From positions 23,374,001-23,438,000 of the forward strand of contig OX442314.1 of assembly GCA_949358305.1 (NCBI GenBank): 64,000 nt of DNA, in the 5' to 3' direction. This stretch comes from Strigamia acuminata. Lineage: Eukaryota. The position numbers and the translations under genes are program-made. The notes beneath the pieces were generated by a model. That model worked only from the letters and a program-made list of their open reading frames with translations. It was not told where the DNA came from and did not search any database. Shown here one piece after another: positions 12,401-27,400 of this stretch; positions within the stretch are counted from its first letter, which is position 1, and every line of letters begins with the position of its first letter.

Positions 12401-15400
12401 GATGACACCTGATGACACCTACGATAATCACCTTAACACTTGAAACGTGCTGATCTCGAACCGCCCTCGTAACGTTTATTGCTGCAAGGATTCAACGAGT
12501 TGGTGAAAGACGATAGGGATTTCGAAGAACCCACAAACTGTTGACATTTGGTCAAGTGTGTCTCACACTAAAATTATGGCGTCCGTTACTATCTCCAGGG
12601 GGCATCCATAAAAGTGTCATCATCCTCCTAAAAAGAGCAAAACACTCACATCTGGCGGTGGATTGGCGAATTGGGGCAAATCTGGAGAAATATTCGCTCG
12701 AAAATTTCTCGCCAGTTGAAAAAAAAATTGATATTGATGTCACGTTACATTGTGATAAATTCATGGAGATTTAAAAAGTCAAAATTACTTTTCCCTGTCC
12801 CTCAACAAATTGAGCAATCTTTTTTTTATTTTTTCTCTTGACCCACAATTTCTTTTTATTTGAAACTCCCAACTTCGACATTAATGAGTTTCAAGTGGAT
12901 AAAATTCGTTGAGTTTTGTATATGGAAAACAAATCCCCTTTTTACCATAAAAATTTTCTACGGGAAGAAGGAGCATTATTATTTTTTCCTGCCATTATGC
13001 AAAAATCCCCTCTCTTTCATTTCTCTAAACTTGCAATATTGTATGACGCCTAAGCCTAAAGCTTCCCGCCCCCTGCTCTTAAAGAAGGGGTAAAAAGTGT
13101 ATTCCTTTCGGGCCATTAGCAACTGATTTAATCATCAATCGAAAGCGGGAGAAAAATTACCCTCGGGTTTTGTCTATAATGAAAATCCTCCCTATTACCT
13201 ATTAGACTTGCTGGCAAGGCATTCGAAATTTGGCTGAAAAACTCAACACTGGCTTATTTCACTACAAATAAAACTATAGAAACAAACAGAAGAATATAAA
13301 TCTTTCTGGATTCAAAACCAAACGTAAACATACGTAAATGGCTGCATTCGATAATCGAAGCAGCAGAAATGCGTTTAATAATCAGTTTTTATGAAATCCA
13401 AATACATTTCTTATATTTTTTAATGCACCAAATACAAAATAAAAATATTCAGTTAAAATTCAAAAAACTGACACTTGGTGATATAATTAGAGATACAACT
13501 TTAATAAACTTCCTTGAATATCCTCGAAAACTAAAACAAAAACTGCACTTTGTGATTAAATACCTTGCAACATGCATACAATTAAAGATCTACTCAAACG
13601 TCACAAACAAAAAATAACTCAGAATTTTAAAATTCAAAATCAATAATATAAAGTATAAACAAAATGCGCAACATTGCAAATTCAAATTAATGAAAAGCAG
13701 CACATTTGTTTTCTTTCTACAGCGCACAGCATCGGAGATAAAAATTGAATAACACACACATACAGCAACCTTAAAAGCAAACAAACAAACTGCTCGGACT
13801 GAAACGATTAGAAACCAGCAAGTTCGATACGGTTTTTAATAAAGTGAAAAGCAAATGTTGGGTCTCAACTCGGTTAGGGGGCCTTCCTTAATCCTACGGG
13901 TTTTGTTGTTGGGCGTAGATCCTAGGACTGCTTTTATTAGGACCCATATGAAAGTGGTAAACAAAGGGTTATTCGGTGACCTCATAGCAGCTCTTTGCTC
14001 TGTGCAAATGACATTTATGACAGTCGCCAGGCACGGTAAAAGGATTAACTCTCGCCCACTGTTTTCTCTCTGTCTAACTTCAATAACCTCATTTACGCCA
14101 CTGTGTACCGTCGACCAAAATCACGTGATCAAAGGAGTAAGCTGAGTGTTAAATTGCAATGATTATGACACGAAATAACTCCTTCATTAAGCGACTCCCA
14201 CCGATGCCGTCGGACGATTATCACGTTATTACGAATTAACGTTTCACCGCAAAGCTTTCCCTGGCCAATGCGCACTCCATTCTCATTTCATCACAAACTA
14301 TATGGATTAATTACGCCCAGATTACACACCAGAGGGATTCTGTTAGACTCGCATGATTGCAATATCATTATTATTTACACGTTAATTCGTCCACGCAGCT
14401 CCGCGTTAATTAAATAAATAAAAAAGTCAAACTCGACAAAATTCCACGTTTCCGCAAGAAACGATTAAAGGTCAAAAGCTAGAATTGTAAAGCGCGTTAT
14501 GCCTCTCCCTCCAGGTGCGTTGAACGCAGAGGTGGGTTTCTGCACTCACGGACCGACGCGTTCGTTGAATGCGATGAATTGGAACTTGGCCGATTTGCTT
14601 TCTAAGTCTGCGTCAAGCGAGGGGATGACCAAGGTTGTTGCGAGGACCCCTTCCAGCAGCGGGGATGAAATCTGCAAAGCACCCATTCGCGATTTTTTCA
14701 CTAGATTCGACGAGGTCCCTCGGGGTCCAACCACCGACCGAACCGCCTCCACACAGCCCACTGCGTTTCAAAGCGACGTGGGCAGGTCTGGCGTCACGCG
14801 CTACATTGGGCTCATCCACTAAACCCATCAGATTCAGGATCCAAACCCAGCGACGTGTTATCAACAGGCCAATTTACCCCATTACAACAAAAAAACAACA
14901 AATTAATACAGCTAATTGACCATTAAAGCATCAAAAAATGTTGCATACACAATAACACAAACCAAGTGGTTACAAATGTTGCTTTATCACGGTGTGGTTG
15001 CAAATCTTCTTTCCTCTTTCTCATTTTTTACTTCTTCTTCTTCTTCGTCCTCGAGAGTCTTCACGTCACGTGCAATGTGCCGGAAATGTGATGCTTGAGA
15101 GCCCCGTGCTCGTTTCTCTGCTGACTTGTAAAGTGTTTGTGTCACCACTCAGATCAATCACAGCCATCCTCTCCACATCCCCTCCTCCTTTTTCCTTTCT
15201 ATCTTACACGCATTATCTGCTCGCAGAGGGGAATCCCTCATACGAGCCATTCACTCGTCCACCACAATACGCAAACTGACGACTTCTTTAACTCTTATTA
15301 AATTATCAACGCTGACAAGTCGGAAAAATCTCTCGGAACGTCGATTTAACGTCGATTTAACGTCGATTTTCCAATCGCATCAGACTCAGATCGACCGATA

Positions 15401-18400
15401 CCCTCATTAAACACGAATAAATTCGACGTAATTATCCAATATAGATGTAAATAACGATAGTCGGGCTCGACGCGGCGTAAATCGCAACACGGTTGACATT
15501 TTCACAACTTGTAATAATTGGAAATTGCTACTCTTTTGTGTCATTGTGTCAACCGCCATCTGGCGAGCGAGTGGTGGGGGTGGGTGAATCTCTCTGATGA
15601 AGTGATCGCAGGGGGGCGTCCTGGGCGTCCCTTCTTTCAATGGGAGGACGGTTGTATGTGTCTCCCCCCGCTACCACATCAATGCACCTTCAACCCTCCT
15701 CCAACACCCCTCCCCGCTCCTTTCCATACTCATCCCCCCGTTCTCTATGAATGGATGGTGAAAACCTCTGATGGCTTTGTTTTCGTATTACGTTCGCTTC
15801 AACACTTGGCTCGAATGCGCGCGCATCTCTCTGCCTGCCTCTCTCTGCCTTCCCTTTTTGCCCTCACACTGACACTCGCGTCCATCCCCGCGCTGGATTG
15901 AGCCGTCAACTAGGGGGGATTGCGAAAAGGGCGGATAATGCCCACTGACGATCCGACTCCCGCCTCAAAGAAGAGTAAACCCACCGACTCCCTTTCCCCT
16001 CCCGAGAGAGGGTGAAGGGGGTGACAGTCAACAATGGACAAACGGCGGGGACTCACCTTTGAACCTCTTCCCCGTCGACGTGTTACAAACACCTTCTTCA
16101 GACGCTTAAAATACCTTGCAGGGGTAAAGAGAGATGGGACAAAGACCAGGATAACTGCCTTGTGGAAAAGGACTGGATTTATTGCTCTCTCTCTCTCTTT
16201 ATCGCCTTCAACCGTTTGCCACAAAGGTGTGTACTGCAAATGCAAACCAATCATTTTTTAAACATCCGCAGTGGCGCATCACGACACTTCGAATTTCTTT
16301 CAAATTTCTAAATTCTTCAATCAAAATATGCATAAAAATATTTCGTTTTGCAAATCTGGGGCCCTGTGACAATGGGTGCAAATTTAATATTCATATCGTC
16401 AGAAGTAAAGCAGACGGTGATTGATAACAAGGATTCAGGGTACGAAGGGTGTTGGGGTAGAGGTAAATTGGGCTGACCCTGTGGTTGAACGCGGCATTCT
16501 CTATGTGAACTGGTGGGTTCCATGAACCAAAACGCGCGGGGGCGAGTTCCATTCGTCAAGGGCGAATCTTGGGGGGAACTTTCGGTTCATTAGTTGCCAA
16601 TGACAGGGCAATTAGAGTTTTGGTTATGGATTAAGGAGACGAATTGATTGGTTTTTAGTGTTTGGTTTCAAATATTTCAATTAGATTTGGCGCTCGTTAT
16701 ATGTGTCGTTAAATGGATAGAAAATAAAGCAAGAATTAAAAGAAGATGATGAGTTTTATTAGAGTTATAATGAAGAGGGGGTCTGGAAACGTGCAGAGGA
16801 GGGGCAGAAAGTGTGGGAACTGTGAGAAGTGTTGGTGTAAATCCAAAAGCAGATGCTGCTTTGCACTTATCAGTCTTCAGATACAAGAGGAAAAATAACA
16901 GACCGGCAACTTAGATTAAACATTCTTTTCGATTTCATATCCAGAAGTTTGAAAGGAAAACAAAAAAGTGCCCATATGCTTCAAAAATATATTTTACTTA
17001 ATGCATTCCAAAATGTGTAACATTTCACAGAATTAAGTATATTATTTGAACATTAAAGTATGCATTTCATAATACAATTGAAAAAACGCATTCATATTTG
17101 ACAAATAATAATATTTGGAATACATTAACGATATGTATTTTCGTGAAACCCAATGCATTTCAAAATATATTGCAATATATTGCAATATACCGCAATCTCA
17201 ATGTATTATTGGGTGATTCCACCAAAAATGAGTTTGTTATAGTTGAAGTGAGTAAAAAAAATTATAAAAAACATTAATATTTCATTGATTTTTCTAATTT
17301 TTGGAGCTATGAATAACACCTTGCTGTATACAGTCAATTTCCAGAATAAGTATATGCTTTTTCAAAAAACCAAATAGACTCGACCATGTTCTTGTTTTTT
17401 CCTAGAATGTTCTACATCTGAAATATAAACAAAAACAGAAGAACAAATTGGAATTCGATCAATTAATATGTATAAAAAAAAACAACTAATAGCCATTCAT
17501 TAATTATCGAAAACAACGACCATCATTCAGCTTTATGTTCAAACCTCCCACAAAGAGGTTAAAGTGCAGGTGCAAGTCTGCAATTTCAAATTAATAATTA
17601 ACTAGCCCCACCTCGTGACAACCCCTGGTCTATGTCACTCACATCCAGCCCACACAACCGCCATTTTGGCTCAAATTTAAACTAACACTAAAACCTCAAA
17701 GTGTATATACACACAACACAACTCCCTGCAGGGGATTTCCATAAACATTGTCAGTCGTATAAACATTCAGTGGGTTGTAAAATTAATTAATTAGCCATAA
17801 AAACCAATGTTTACTCGTGGGACTCTTCTTCCATGTGAACATCTCGCTTTCGATTCGCGCTAAGCCTAATTGATCTTGCCGCTTCGGAGCCTCCGACCAT
17901 TGATTCACGTTCGGGGGAGTGTGCATCCGGTCAGAGGAAGCCTCGTCAATTATTAATGCGATAACATTGTATCAATTATGCATATCACTCACACAGTATC
18001 ACACACAAAAGTCAGACGGGAAAAAAAAGCGTTTGTCATATTACATCACTCGAGATCTCCATGTCACGAGGCCAACTCGCAACAAGTGTTCACTTTTGCC
18101 TTTTACATCGATAACGAATAATCGCGCGCACAAAACCACTCTTTTAGTGCGCCCGGAGAACAACAACAACAACAACAACAAAACAACAACATAAATAAAT
18201 AAAAATAACGAAAACACTCTTGCAGATGTTGAAATCAATAAACTAAAAACAATTTCCGATCCGCTCCCTCCCGCCCGCCACTTTGTCCCGAGCCGCACGC
18301 AACAATAAACAAATTAACGTCTATTTGACACATTTTTTCACTCCGCCACCGCCAATACTCCATCGCCCACCCCCTGGCGCCCCTCCCTCCCTTGAAAACT

Positions 18401-21400
18401 TTATTGTCGTGCGTTTCATCCATCCATTATGCTCATCACTGTCGTTACCATGCCAACAAGCAACGAGCCATTGTTTCAATGACTTGCAGCTGCTCCGCCT
18501 GCCTTCTTCCACAACCAACTCTGTAATCAAGGGGTCCCTGTGCGTGCGTCCGTGAAGCCGCAAACGCGAGCCCAATAACGGCGGTGGGCGGAGTCGCGTC
18601 TTGCCAATAGGCGCTCGTGGTTAAAGGCGTTCGTCACCCCCACCCTTCTCCCAATTGCTCCGCTCTAACCCCCGTCTCCCCTCCCATCCGCGATGCCAGG
18701 AAAGGTATAATAATAATAACGTGTATCTTAGCGACAGTCAAATTTGTTTATTTTCGAACATCGGAAGTGAGGTAGGCTGTGCAACATTCATTGTTTATTT
18801 TCTTGTCTTTTTTTCTCTTTTGCTTTTGTTTTGTTTTGTTTCAAAGCTAAGGAAATATTAAAACAATCAATTCATGCGTCAGGTGATCTCTTGTTTCCAT
18901 GGTGAAAGTCGCAAGAGAAAATATTTAGACGGATGAATAGGTGAAGGTGGGGTCGATTTATGTGTTTATTTATGTATTTACAGATATGTGTACAGATATA
19001 CAGTGTGCTAATTGTACGCTAACGACTGTATTTAGACTAAAATGCATAGTTACTGAATTTTTTAAAAACAAAAACACTAGTTTATATTTATTTATTTATT
19101 GATGTTTTTCTCCAAAAGTCTAATTAATGATTTTTACCATAAGGTTCAAAAATATATTTTACAATGTATTGCTTATCAAAATGCATAGCATTTCGTGGAA
19201 TTAAGTAAATAATGCATTTCATAAGACAATTGACAAAAATCCATTCAAAATGCATTCGTATTTGACAAATAATATAGATTTTACAAAGTGTATTATCATT
19301 TTCAAACCAATAATGTATTATAAAATACGTTCTCGCTCGCCCAATGCATTTCAAAATACATATAATATAATTATTGGACCATCATATGGGTTATCATCAC
19401 TCACAACATTTGTGATAAATAATGGAGTGGATGGAGTAAAAATGAGAGCGAAAATAACAGAACAAGAACAAATTTAACTTTGTGGTTTTAATGTTAAGTG
19501 TCACACATACGAGTTTAATTTATATTTATCGCACGATATAAAGAAACAAAATATCTGCATGCGGCGAACATGGGAGGCCACGAAATGACAAAATTAATAA
19601 TTATTAAAACTGCTCCGTCTTTAAGGGTGAGAATAGTGGGTGTAGCGGGAGGAATGGAGGAAGCGAATTCGTAATAACCGAAACTGAGAGTATTAAAAAA
19701 AAGAAACTGTAATTACTCGAAAGCCAGCATCACCACCTTGCCTCATAATGGGGCACCCGTTGGCTCACTTCTTTTAATGATGACTTAATTATACACTTAA
19801 TTGTGAAAATGTCACATTGAAAACGACGCTGTATATTGTTTCAATGTGTCGGCAGACACATTTAAAAAGATCTCGCGAAATAAAGAAGAAAAGAGAAGAA
19901 AAAAAAAAAAGAAAAACTACACATTATATGAGCGCGAATTAAGCAGTTGAAAAATCATAAAATGAACTTTTTCAGACGAGGCAAATTTCCAAGTCGTATA
20001 GAAAACTAGGCCTAAATTCGCTTCTAATTACTCGCACCTTTAAAAAACGCCAAAATAAATAAATTCAACGATCCAAATTTGTTCACCTCTTAATTGGAAC
20101 ACATAAAACAGTTCAAGCTTAAAATTCGTCCACTTTGTTTAAGGTCGACAATTTTTCTTTTTTAAAAAAAAAAATCTGTTTCTACTTACGTCCATAAGTT
20201 TGGCGTCAAGTTACCCTGTGCCTAACTGTCCACTGTAGATAGTGAAGTCTTAAGATGAATCTGTTCCTGTGGTTCTTTGTAAACTGATTCCTCATCCCCA
20301 CCCACTCAAACTCAACCATCCCTCTTTTACTCTTACACTCCCCACGTTGAGCAAAAAGGAGGGTAATTGGGGTGACACAAACTTAACTTTTTATTGAAGT
20401 CACAGACAACAAACAATTTGGGGGTAGGAAAAAAAAAAAAAGAGGAAGAAAAAAAAACGACCTTTTTGCACTTTTTACTCCTCAGTTTTTATGTGCGCGG
20501 GTGTTAAATGATTAAGTGTGGGTTTTCTTGGCCCTTGTAAGAGGTCAAGTCAAAAAATTTGGGGGATGATAGTGGAGGGTTCCACCACCGAGTGGCACGT
20601 GGTGTTCATCAACTGGTCATCTGAGATTTTCCCTCTTGTCCTTTTCCTGCCATTCACTCTTCCTCCGAGTGTTACTTAAACGCACATCTTGACTCCTTCA
20701 GTCCGATCCAATGTTTACAAGGTAAGGTTGTTTAAAGCTTGTTCGATAACGTTTCCAAACTTTAATATTATTAACAATTTGCACTACAACGTCTTCATTT
20801 CCGTGTTGAGAAAACTCCTTTAATTGGTGTCACATCACATGGAAAGACCGAGATAAGACTTCCCAACTACAACACAAAAGAGAGAACTTTTGGGATGTGT
20901 GAAGACCTTCAAATGTAGTCTGCAATGAGCTGAGCAGAGGGAATAGTACATCCTCTCTCTCTTTCTCAATAGTCAATAGGCGGTGTTGGGTTTTGATCAT
21001 AACTCGCCCTTTTCAATCATTCCCCCTCTCACCACATCTCTTTTATGTCTTTTTTCGGCATCTAAACGACATATCATACCTCATTTATCGTTAGTACGTC
21101 TTCAATTCCAATTGCCAACCTTAAAGATGAGCTCTCCGGCCATTTAATGCAATTTTTTTCGCCATTGTTTGTTTAGAAAACCTCGCAAGATCTTTAATAT
21201 TCCGTGTCGCGTGCATATTCCGATGGTGCAGCAAGAGTTAAATCATTAACCAGCAGCACTATTGGTCGACTGCATCGTTAGTGCGTGCTTGGTGTGAGTG
21301 GATCATTGTTCCATCCAATCACCTCCAACCATCATTAGTGGAAGCTGTGATCTTGGTAACCATGGCAACCGACTTTTGATAATGCCGATAATAACAGGGC

Positions 21401-24400
21401 AGGGAGTGAGCGAGAGAGTCGAATCGCATGTCGCTTATTTCTGGCTGCGCAATCATATCTTTTTCACGTCGGGTATCCTCAACATTTCGAGAATGGGGCT
21501 CCGTCAACAGAGTGAAAGGGGGGAGATACATACGATTCGCATCCCCTCCCATCCCCTGAAGGACCAGCCAGCTGCTTCCTTTGACTCTTCGCAGCCTGGT
21601 GCTTTGTGACGCTGTCAGAGCCACTGTAAATAATACCTGGCATTGGTCGGCCGCGATGCTGGCACTTGAATAGCCGAGAGAAGAGACCTATGACACCCCA
21701 TCTCTCCCCTCCGCCACCAGAGGGCTATTTAGCTTTAAGCCATCTTCTCTGTGCCTTCCCTTCCCTCCACCTTGCCGAGGGGCTCAAAGACGCTTCACAC
21801 CATCATCCCGAAGGGGAATGAAGGGTGGACTACAATACAATTCATTCTCATCTCTCTTCTTCTGGTTTTCGTGTCAACCATCTTGTAGCTTCGAGGTGTC
21901 GGATGGCCCATGCGGGACAATGGGCTTTGCATGGCCAGGCGTCTCTCTCAACTTGTCTTGTGTCAAACTGCATTACCCCTCTTTTCCTCGCTTCCTGTAT
22001 CCCCTTACCGTTATTGAGGCTCCTCTCTCATGGGTGTGTAATATGTGTATGAACATCTCTCCCCCCGACACCCTCCACCTTGACTAAGATGTCATTTGGC
22101 TTACCAATCTGGTCACTAGGAGGCCACACCGAATTAGGCGCCATTGTGTGCGTGTGCTCATTTTCACTCGCAGTGTCACGCTCGGCCCATCTGTTTGCCG
22201 TGGAGTCGAGTTTCCATTTTACTTTAAAATCACGATAACATTTTATTATAAAATATACCGTATTTTATCGATTATTCAAAACTGCCATTTTGGTCAGCAA
22301 TTACAATTTCGGTTTTTCGTTTGTTACATTTGTTTGATGTCACGAACGTTCATCATCCGTGAAGTTAAATACGGAAACAATACCGTACTTTTGCAAAAAT
22401 ACGCTATTCTTGGTGTCTCGGCTGCGGCTACTATTCGAGGGCGACTCTTAATCGGTAAAATACGGTATTTTAATCCTTAACTCGCAGTGAAATGTGAAAT
22501 CAACCGACATTTTCGAAGCCAGTTGAAAAACTTGATTTTCCAAGCAAAACCTACGAAGTTGTAACCCTAAAAAGAAGGGCGTTTGTCTTTTGTTTACGTA
22601 AAAGGGGGAGCGTAAAGCAATTTGGCCAGTGTCCATGCCAGTCGCTTAGCTTGAGAAATATGGACATACATAATATGCAGAGCGGACAGCTGCGTCGGGT
22701 GCCCTCGCCAATATATCTGAAAAATAAACTACCCCTTCACTACATTTTATTTTCATAATTTTATTTTAGATCAAATTTTTTTCCCCTTTCCCCACACACG
22801 GCTGTAAATTGACCAATCAAATACACCGCCTCGAGATGGTCAGCGCCCCATATTGGCTCCACTCGAGCGGCTAAGTGACAAACTGATGGCGGTCTCCGAT
22901 TCAGGCTGCCCAGCAATGAGCGCAAACATCACATCACCCCTATCACTATGAATAGTCGCCCATAAAAATATCTGTTTATGAAGTTTGTATAAACAAACGC
23001 ATTCCAACAGCATCGCATTTTTATCTCTCATTTCTATTCCTTAAATTCCTCTTCTCGCAACGCACATTTACACCTTTCCCGCGCGACCACATGATCAATA
23101 CCAATATACAAACTCCCCTCGAAAATGGCAATACCTTCGTAAGACCAACACCAATCATTGGGTGTGTCAAATATCAAGTGTCAAACGAGTTAACTCTGAA
23201 CATTTGGCATTGACTTCGAGCAGTGTTTGTTGGACACGGGGATTTCCTTTGCTCCACGCCCCTCCTTAAGGACAATCCCAAAGAGTAAACAAGGTGTGTC
23301 TGTCACTATACCCACCTGTCTCTTTCCCCAGGTGACAGGCTCCTTTTTCCTCAAGGAACCGCCGCGGGGGAGGATGTTTGTCCTCCTTAATGGCGGATAT
23401 CCTTGGCCATTGCGGAAGCCAGCTCTATATACCTGTCCCGAGGTTTTTCATCATATATTATAGACTGACTAAATAAGTGCAATAAATTTTTCTCACCAAA
23501 AAGTGGAATTCTTTATCAGATATAAAAATAAATTGATTTTTTCTCCCCATCTTTCTTTACCTTTCCTAAACGCGATGTGACGTCACGTGACTGACATCGA
23601 AAGATTGCCCAGTTATGGATTACTCTCGAACCGCAGCCGCGATGCAGGAGTTTTATTTACACGTTTGTAATTTTAATTAAAAATCAACTCGTGGAATCTT
23701 GTTGGCTGCTAAAGCGCTCCTGATATCGGTGATTTACATACACAATAAAATGAGAACGGGGCGGCCATTAAATTGCTATGCAAAGTTTCACTCAAAAATC
23801 AAATACATTTGCTGCTGCTACCAGCTTTTGCTGCACCACTTGTTTGCTCTTTCTCTCTCTTTGAGTAATAGAATACTAAGAACCCTCTTTGCACAATCAA
23901 CCCCCTGATGGATATTCATTGGCTCTAACAAAACATGAATTTTTATTTATAACTAACAGTGTGTGCACTTTAAAAGATAGGCCTAATGGTCGCTCTCATT
24001 CAATTCGCCAATTTAAGAACGAACAAAAAAGAAAAAGAGAAAAATAAAAAGAAAAAAACCCGCTGTTTTATGTGCATTTTATTCTCAAACTCGAAGATTT
24101 CTTTCCAATATTCCCAACTTTTGCTTTTTCCAACTTTAAAACCTTATTTATATATATCGAATCTCCCCCCGAACTGTTTACCGGTTTAACTGTCTACAAA
24201 AGATGAACGCTGATGGACCCACTCACTCCACACGAGAGGGCTGCAACCGCATTCAATCTCTGACGTCATCTAATCAACCACCCCACAGCCACAAGCGCCC
24301 CACACAGCCAAAGTCAATCGTCATAAATACAAGAAACCAAGACAAGGTTTTAATGAAAAAGTTGCAAACTCAAACATTTATCCATTCCTTTTAAATTTAG

Positions 24401-24420
24401 TACACAAAGGGTTTTTCCAC

Positions 24421-24452
<32 letters not shown>

Positions 24453-27400
24453 GATTTTCTTTTTACTTATCCGTCACTTCGCCTTCACCCGCACGATTAC
24501 CCAGAGGCCAATTTTTCTCCAACCGTATCTGGACTTGGACGGTGCTCTTGCTGGACAGTCCATCTGTCTCCTTTACTTCCCCTTTCACCATATTCCCCCC
24601 TCACCTTAACTTCGTCTTCAACTGAAGATTCAATTCAACAACAACAAAAAAAAACTTTTAAAATGAACAAACATTGAAAACACCAAAGATTTATTCCACA
24701 ATAAATCGAAACCGCGCATAAATCACCAAACATTTGGCTAAAATTCAAATATATTGATATATCACTTACTCCGGCGTCTAAATAAACAACATGTGCATTT
24801 AACCATCTAAACAACTCTTGATTCATGTTCTCCCGAGCCAAGCAAACCCTATATAAACTCTAAAACACAGCAGAGATATATATAGAGGAGTTAAGACTTT
24901 TATTTCAGGTGGTCTACTCTTCTTTTGTGCGAGTGGCCATCACCTTCTGCAGTCCGTTCCATTTCCTTAAATCAGTGCCTGGGATCTCAGAGCCATAAAT
25001 AGCCGTCCAGGCCGCTAGTGGGCGCCTTTTGTCGCCTCTCGAATGGTAGTAAGGGGGAGGAAGAGTGAGAGAGAGAGAGAGAGAGTTGTGTGGGGGTGAG
25101 AGGACCCAAGATAATTTCCCGCCGTCCCCTCGCTTTCTCCTGCTGATCGCGCCAAAAGCCATCAGAGGTGAGAGAAGTGTATAGTGGGTGAACTCTCGCC
25201 ATTCGGACGCCTCCCTCGCCATTCCACATCCCATCACCTACGATAGCACGTTCACACAAGTCCCCCTACAAAGAGCTCCCGCCCACTCCTTAATCGACCT
25301 GATTGATGCTGGCCGATTCTCCTCGCTGCGCATGCGCGAATAAAAATGCTCGCATTTCCTCTCTTGCCATCTATCACGGTCACTAATTTAGCGATTCACC
25401 AGCAGAGGGGGGTGATTCTATTAGCTCCTTTCCCCTCCACACTTTCACCTCTGTCTGTTGCTTGTCTGAATACTGTTTCATCAATAATTGTACACCCCAG
25501 TGGAGATAAAATCGGTGACAAAATGGGTTAGATCCACTTTTGTTGTTGCTTTTTTGACTTAAAGTGAAATGGAATAAATATTTTCATTGATTGGTCGATT
25601 TCTTGAGATTGCCATCAGTGTGGTTCAAAAATTTATTTTGCAATATAATTTCAATGTATTTTTGAACCAAAAATATCTAAAATCGAACAATTTAAACTTG
25701 GTTTTTCCCTCCGTTATCAGCAACCTTGAAAAGCTGACCAAACCTTATAAAATTTATGCTATTTTTATTTCTCACTGATCATATTATGATAAACAAAAAT
25801 GGAAAATTGATTTCGAAATGCGCACTTTTGTCTAATCTTCACGTTACTCCAAATACGAAAGTGTATACACACAACAAAAACAATCTTATTTCTTTTGAAA
25901 TTTCAAACATGTCGTCATTTCCCGATGACTGATTTCCCCCCAATAATCTCGACAAATAAATATCATTTGACCTCGATTAATTGTATTCTTTTAAATCAAT
26001 TTCCTGAGTAATTTAACTCTCGTGTTTACAACGAGCGAAGTCTAATGACATAATGATGAAAAAAAGCTCCATTTATATGCGTGGTAATATATATTTTAAT
26101 ACTACCCTTGACATTTATAACCACTTTGTTTACACATTAAACCGGATGTTAAAGAGATAAACAAGGTATTGAAGATGAGTATACTCACTTTTTTTTATCT
26201 ATAAAATAAAAACGGTGTTGAGATCCAATTATAAGGTGGAAATTTAATCTGTCGTTTGATAGTGTTGGATTTGAGCGAAGAAAAATGCACAGATAACACA
26301 GAAACCAAACAGTTTCGAGAAGTGATATCAAGAGTAAGGTGTATTGGAAATCCATTCTTTCCTTCTCATTTGAACACGTTTATTTTTTTTTGTTTTTAAA
26401 CTTTTTATTAAGAGACTTCTGACATAAATTTTTGATTGAAGATATAAAACAATTTAGTATCATTTTACACATCACGATTTCAGCATCTAAAGTTCAGGTA
26501 AGACAACACCTCGTTTAAATCTGTAGTTTTAAGATTTCCAAAACAGGAAAAAAATATCAATTCAAAAAATAAACAATTTTATTTTTTTTCTAAATGGTTA
26601 GTAAACGAAAAATTTAAAATTAAAAAAAAAAAAAACTTTAATAGTTCCAAATCTTAAAATAATGTTGTCAAGATACGAAACGTGAAAATGATTGATAGAT
26701 ATGACCGTGATTTTCGAAAAAATGTCATCGCATTTGCCCTCCACGCTCTAAATAAAGTCATCTTTTCTTTTCCTCTTGTTGGTAATTAATTAGCCATTTA
26801 TTTGTAATTAATGTAACCGAATGCTCGCCTAAGACACGTGTTGTTTTGCTTAATGAATTGCTAATGTTCGTGCTAACATTAGTCTCGAGCGAGGCCTTGG
26901 CCTTTTCAAGTGCTGTTGACAAAGCTTTTAATTAGAAATGACTTTCAACTCCCCCTTTTAGAGGATTTATAATTTTAATGCTGGGTGATGGGGTGACGAA
27001 GAAAATTAAAAACAAGATAAATATGACGTACATTTCCCCAAACAACTTTTTTAATATAATACTTTATGGTGTGTGTTGTAACTCATTTTGTGGTTAGATA
27101 AAGATATCGCGTATTATAACGTGCTGGGCAATTATTAGGACAAGATTTGCCGAGTCATAACGCGAAAATAATGAGTTTCGGGTGTATATACAAAATTCAC
27201 CGTCATATATTTACATAAACAAAATTTGTTGCATTAAATGTTCAAATTTATCTCTTTTTAATATCGTGTGATGACTTTGTAAAAATAAAAAAAATCCGCA
27301 TTAGAAGTATCCCTATAACACTTCAAATCGTTCCTTATTATTAATTTTTTTTTCCCCAACGCGTTTAATTGACTTAAAAAAAAAGGAACTTTGAAGGTGG

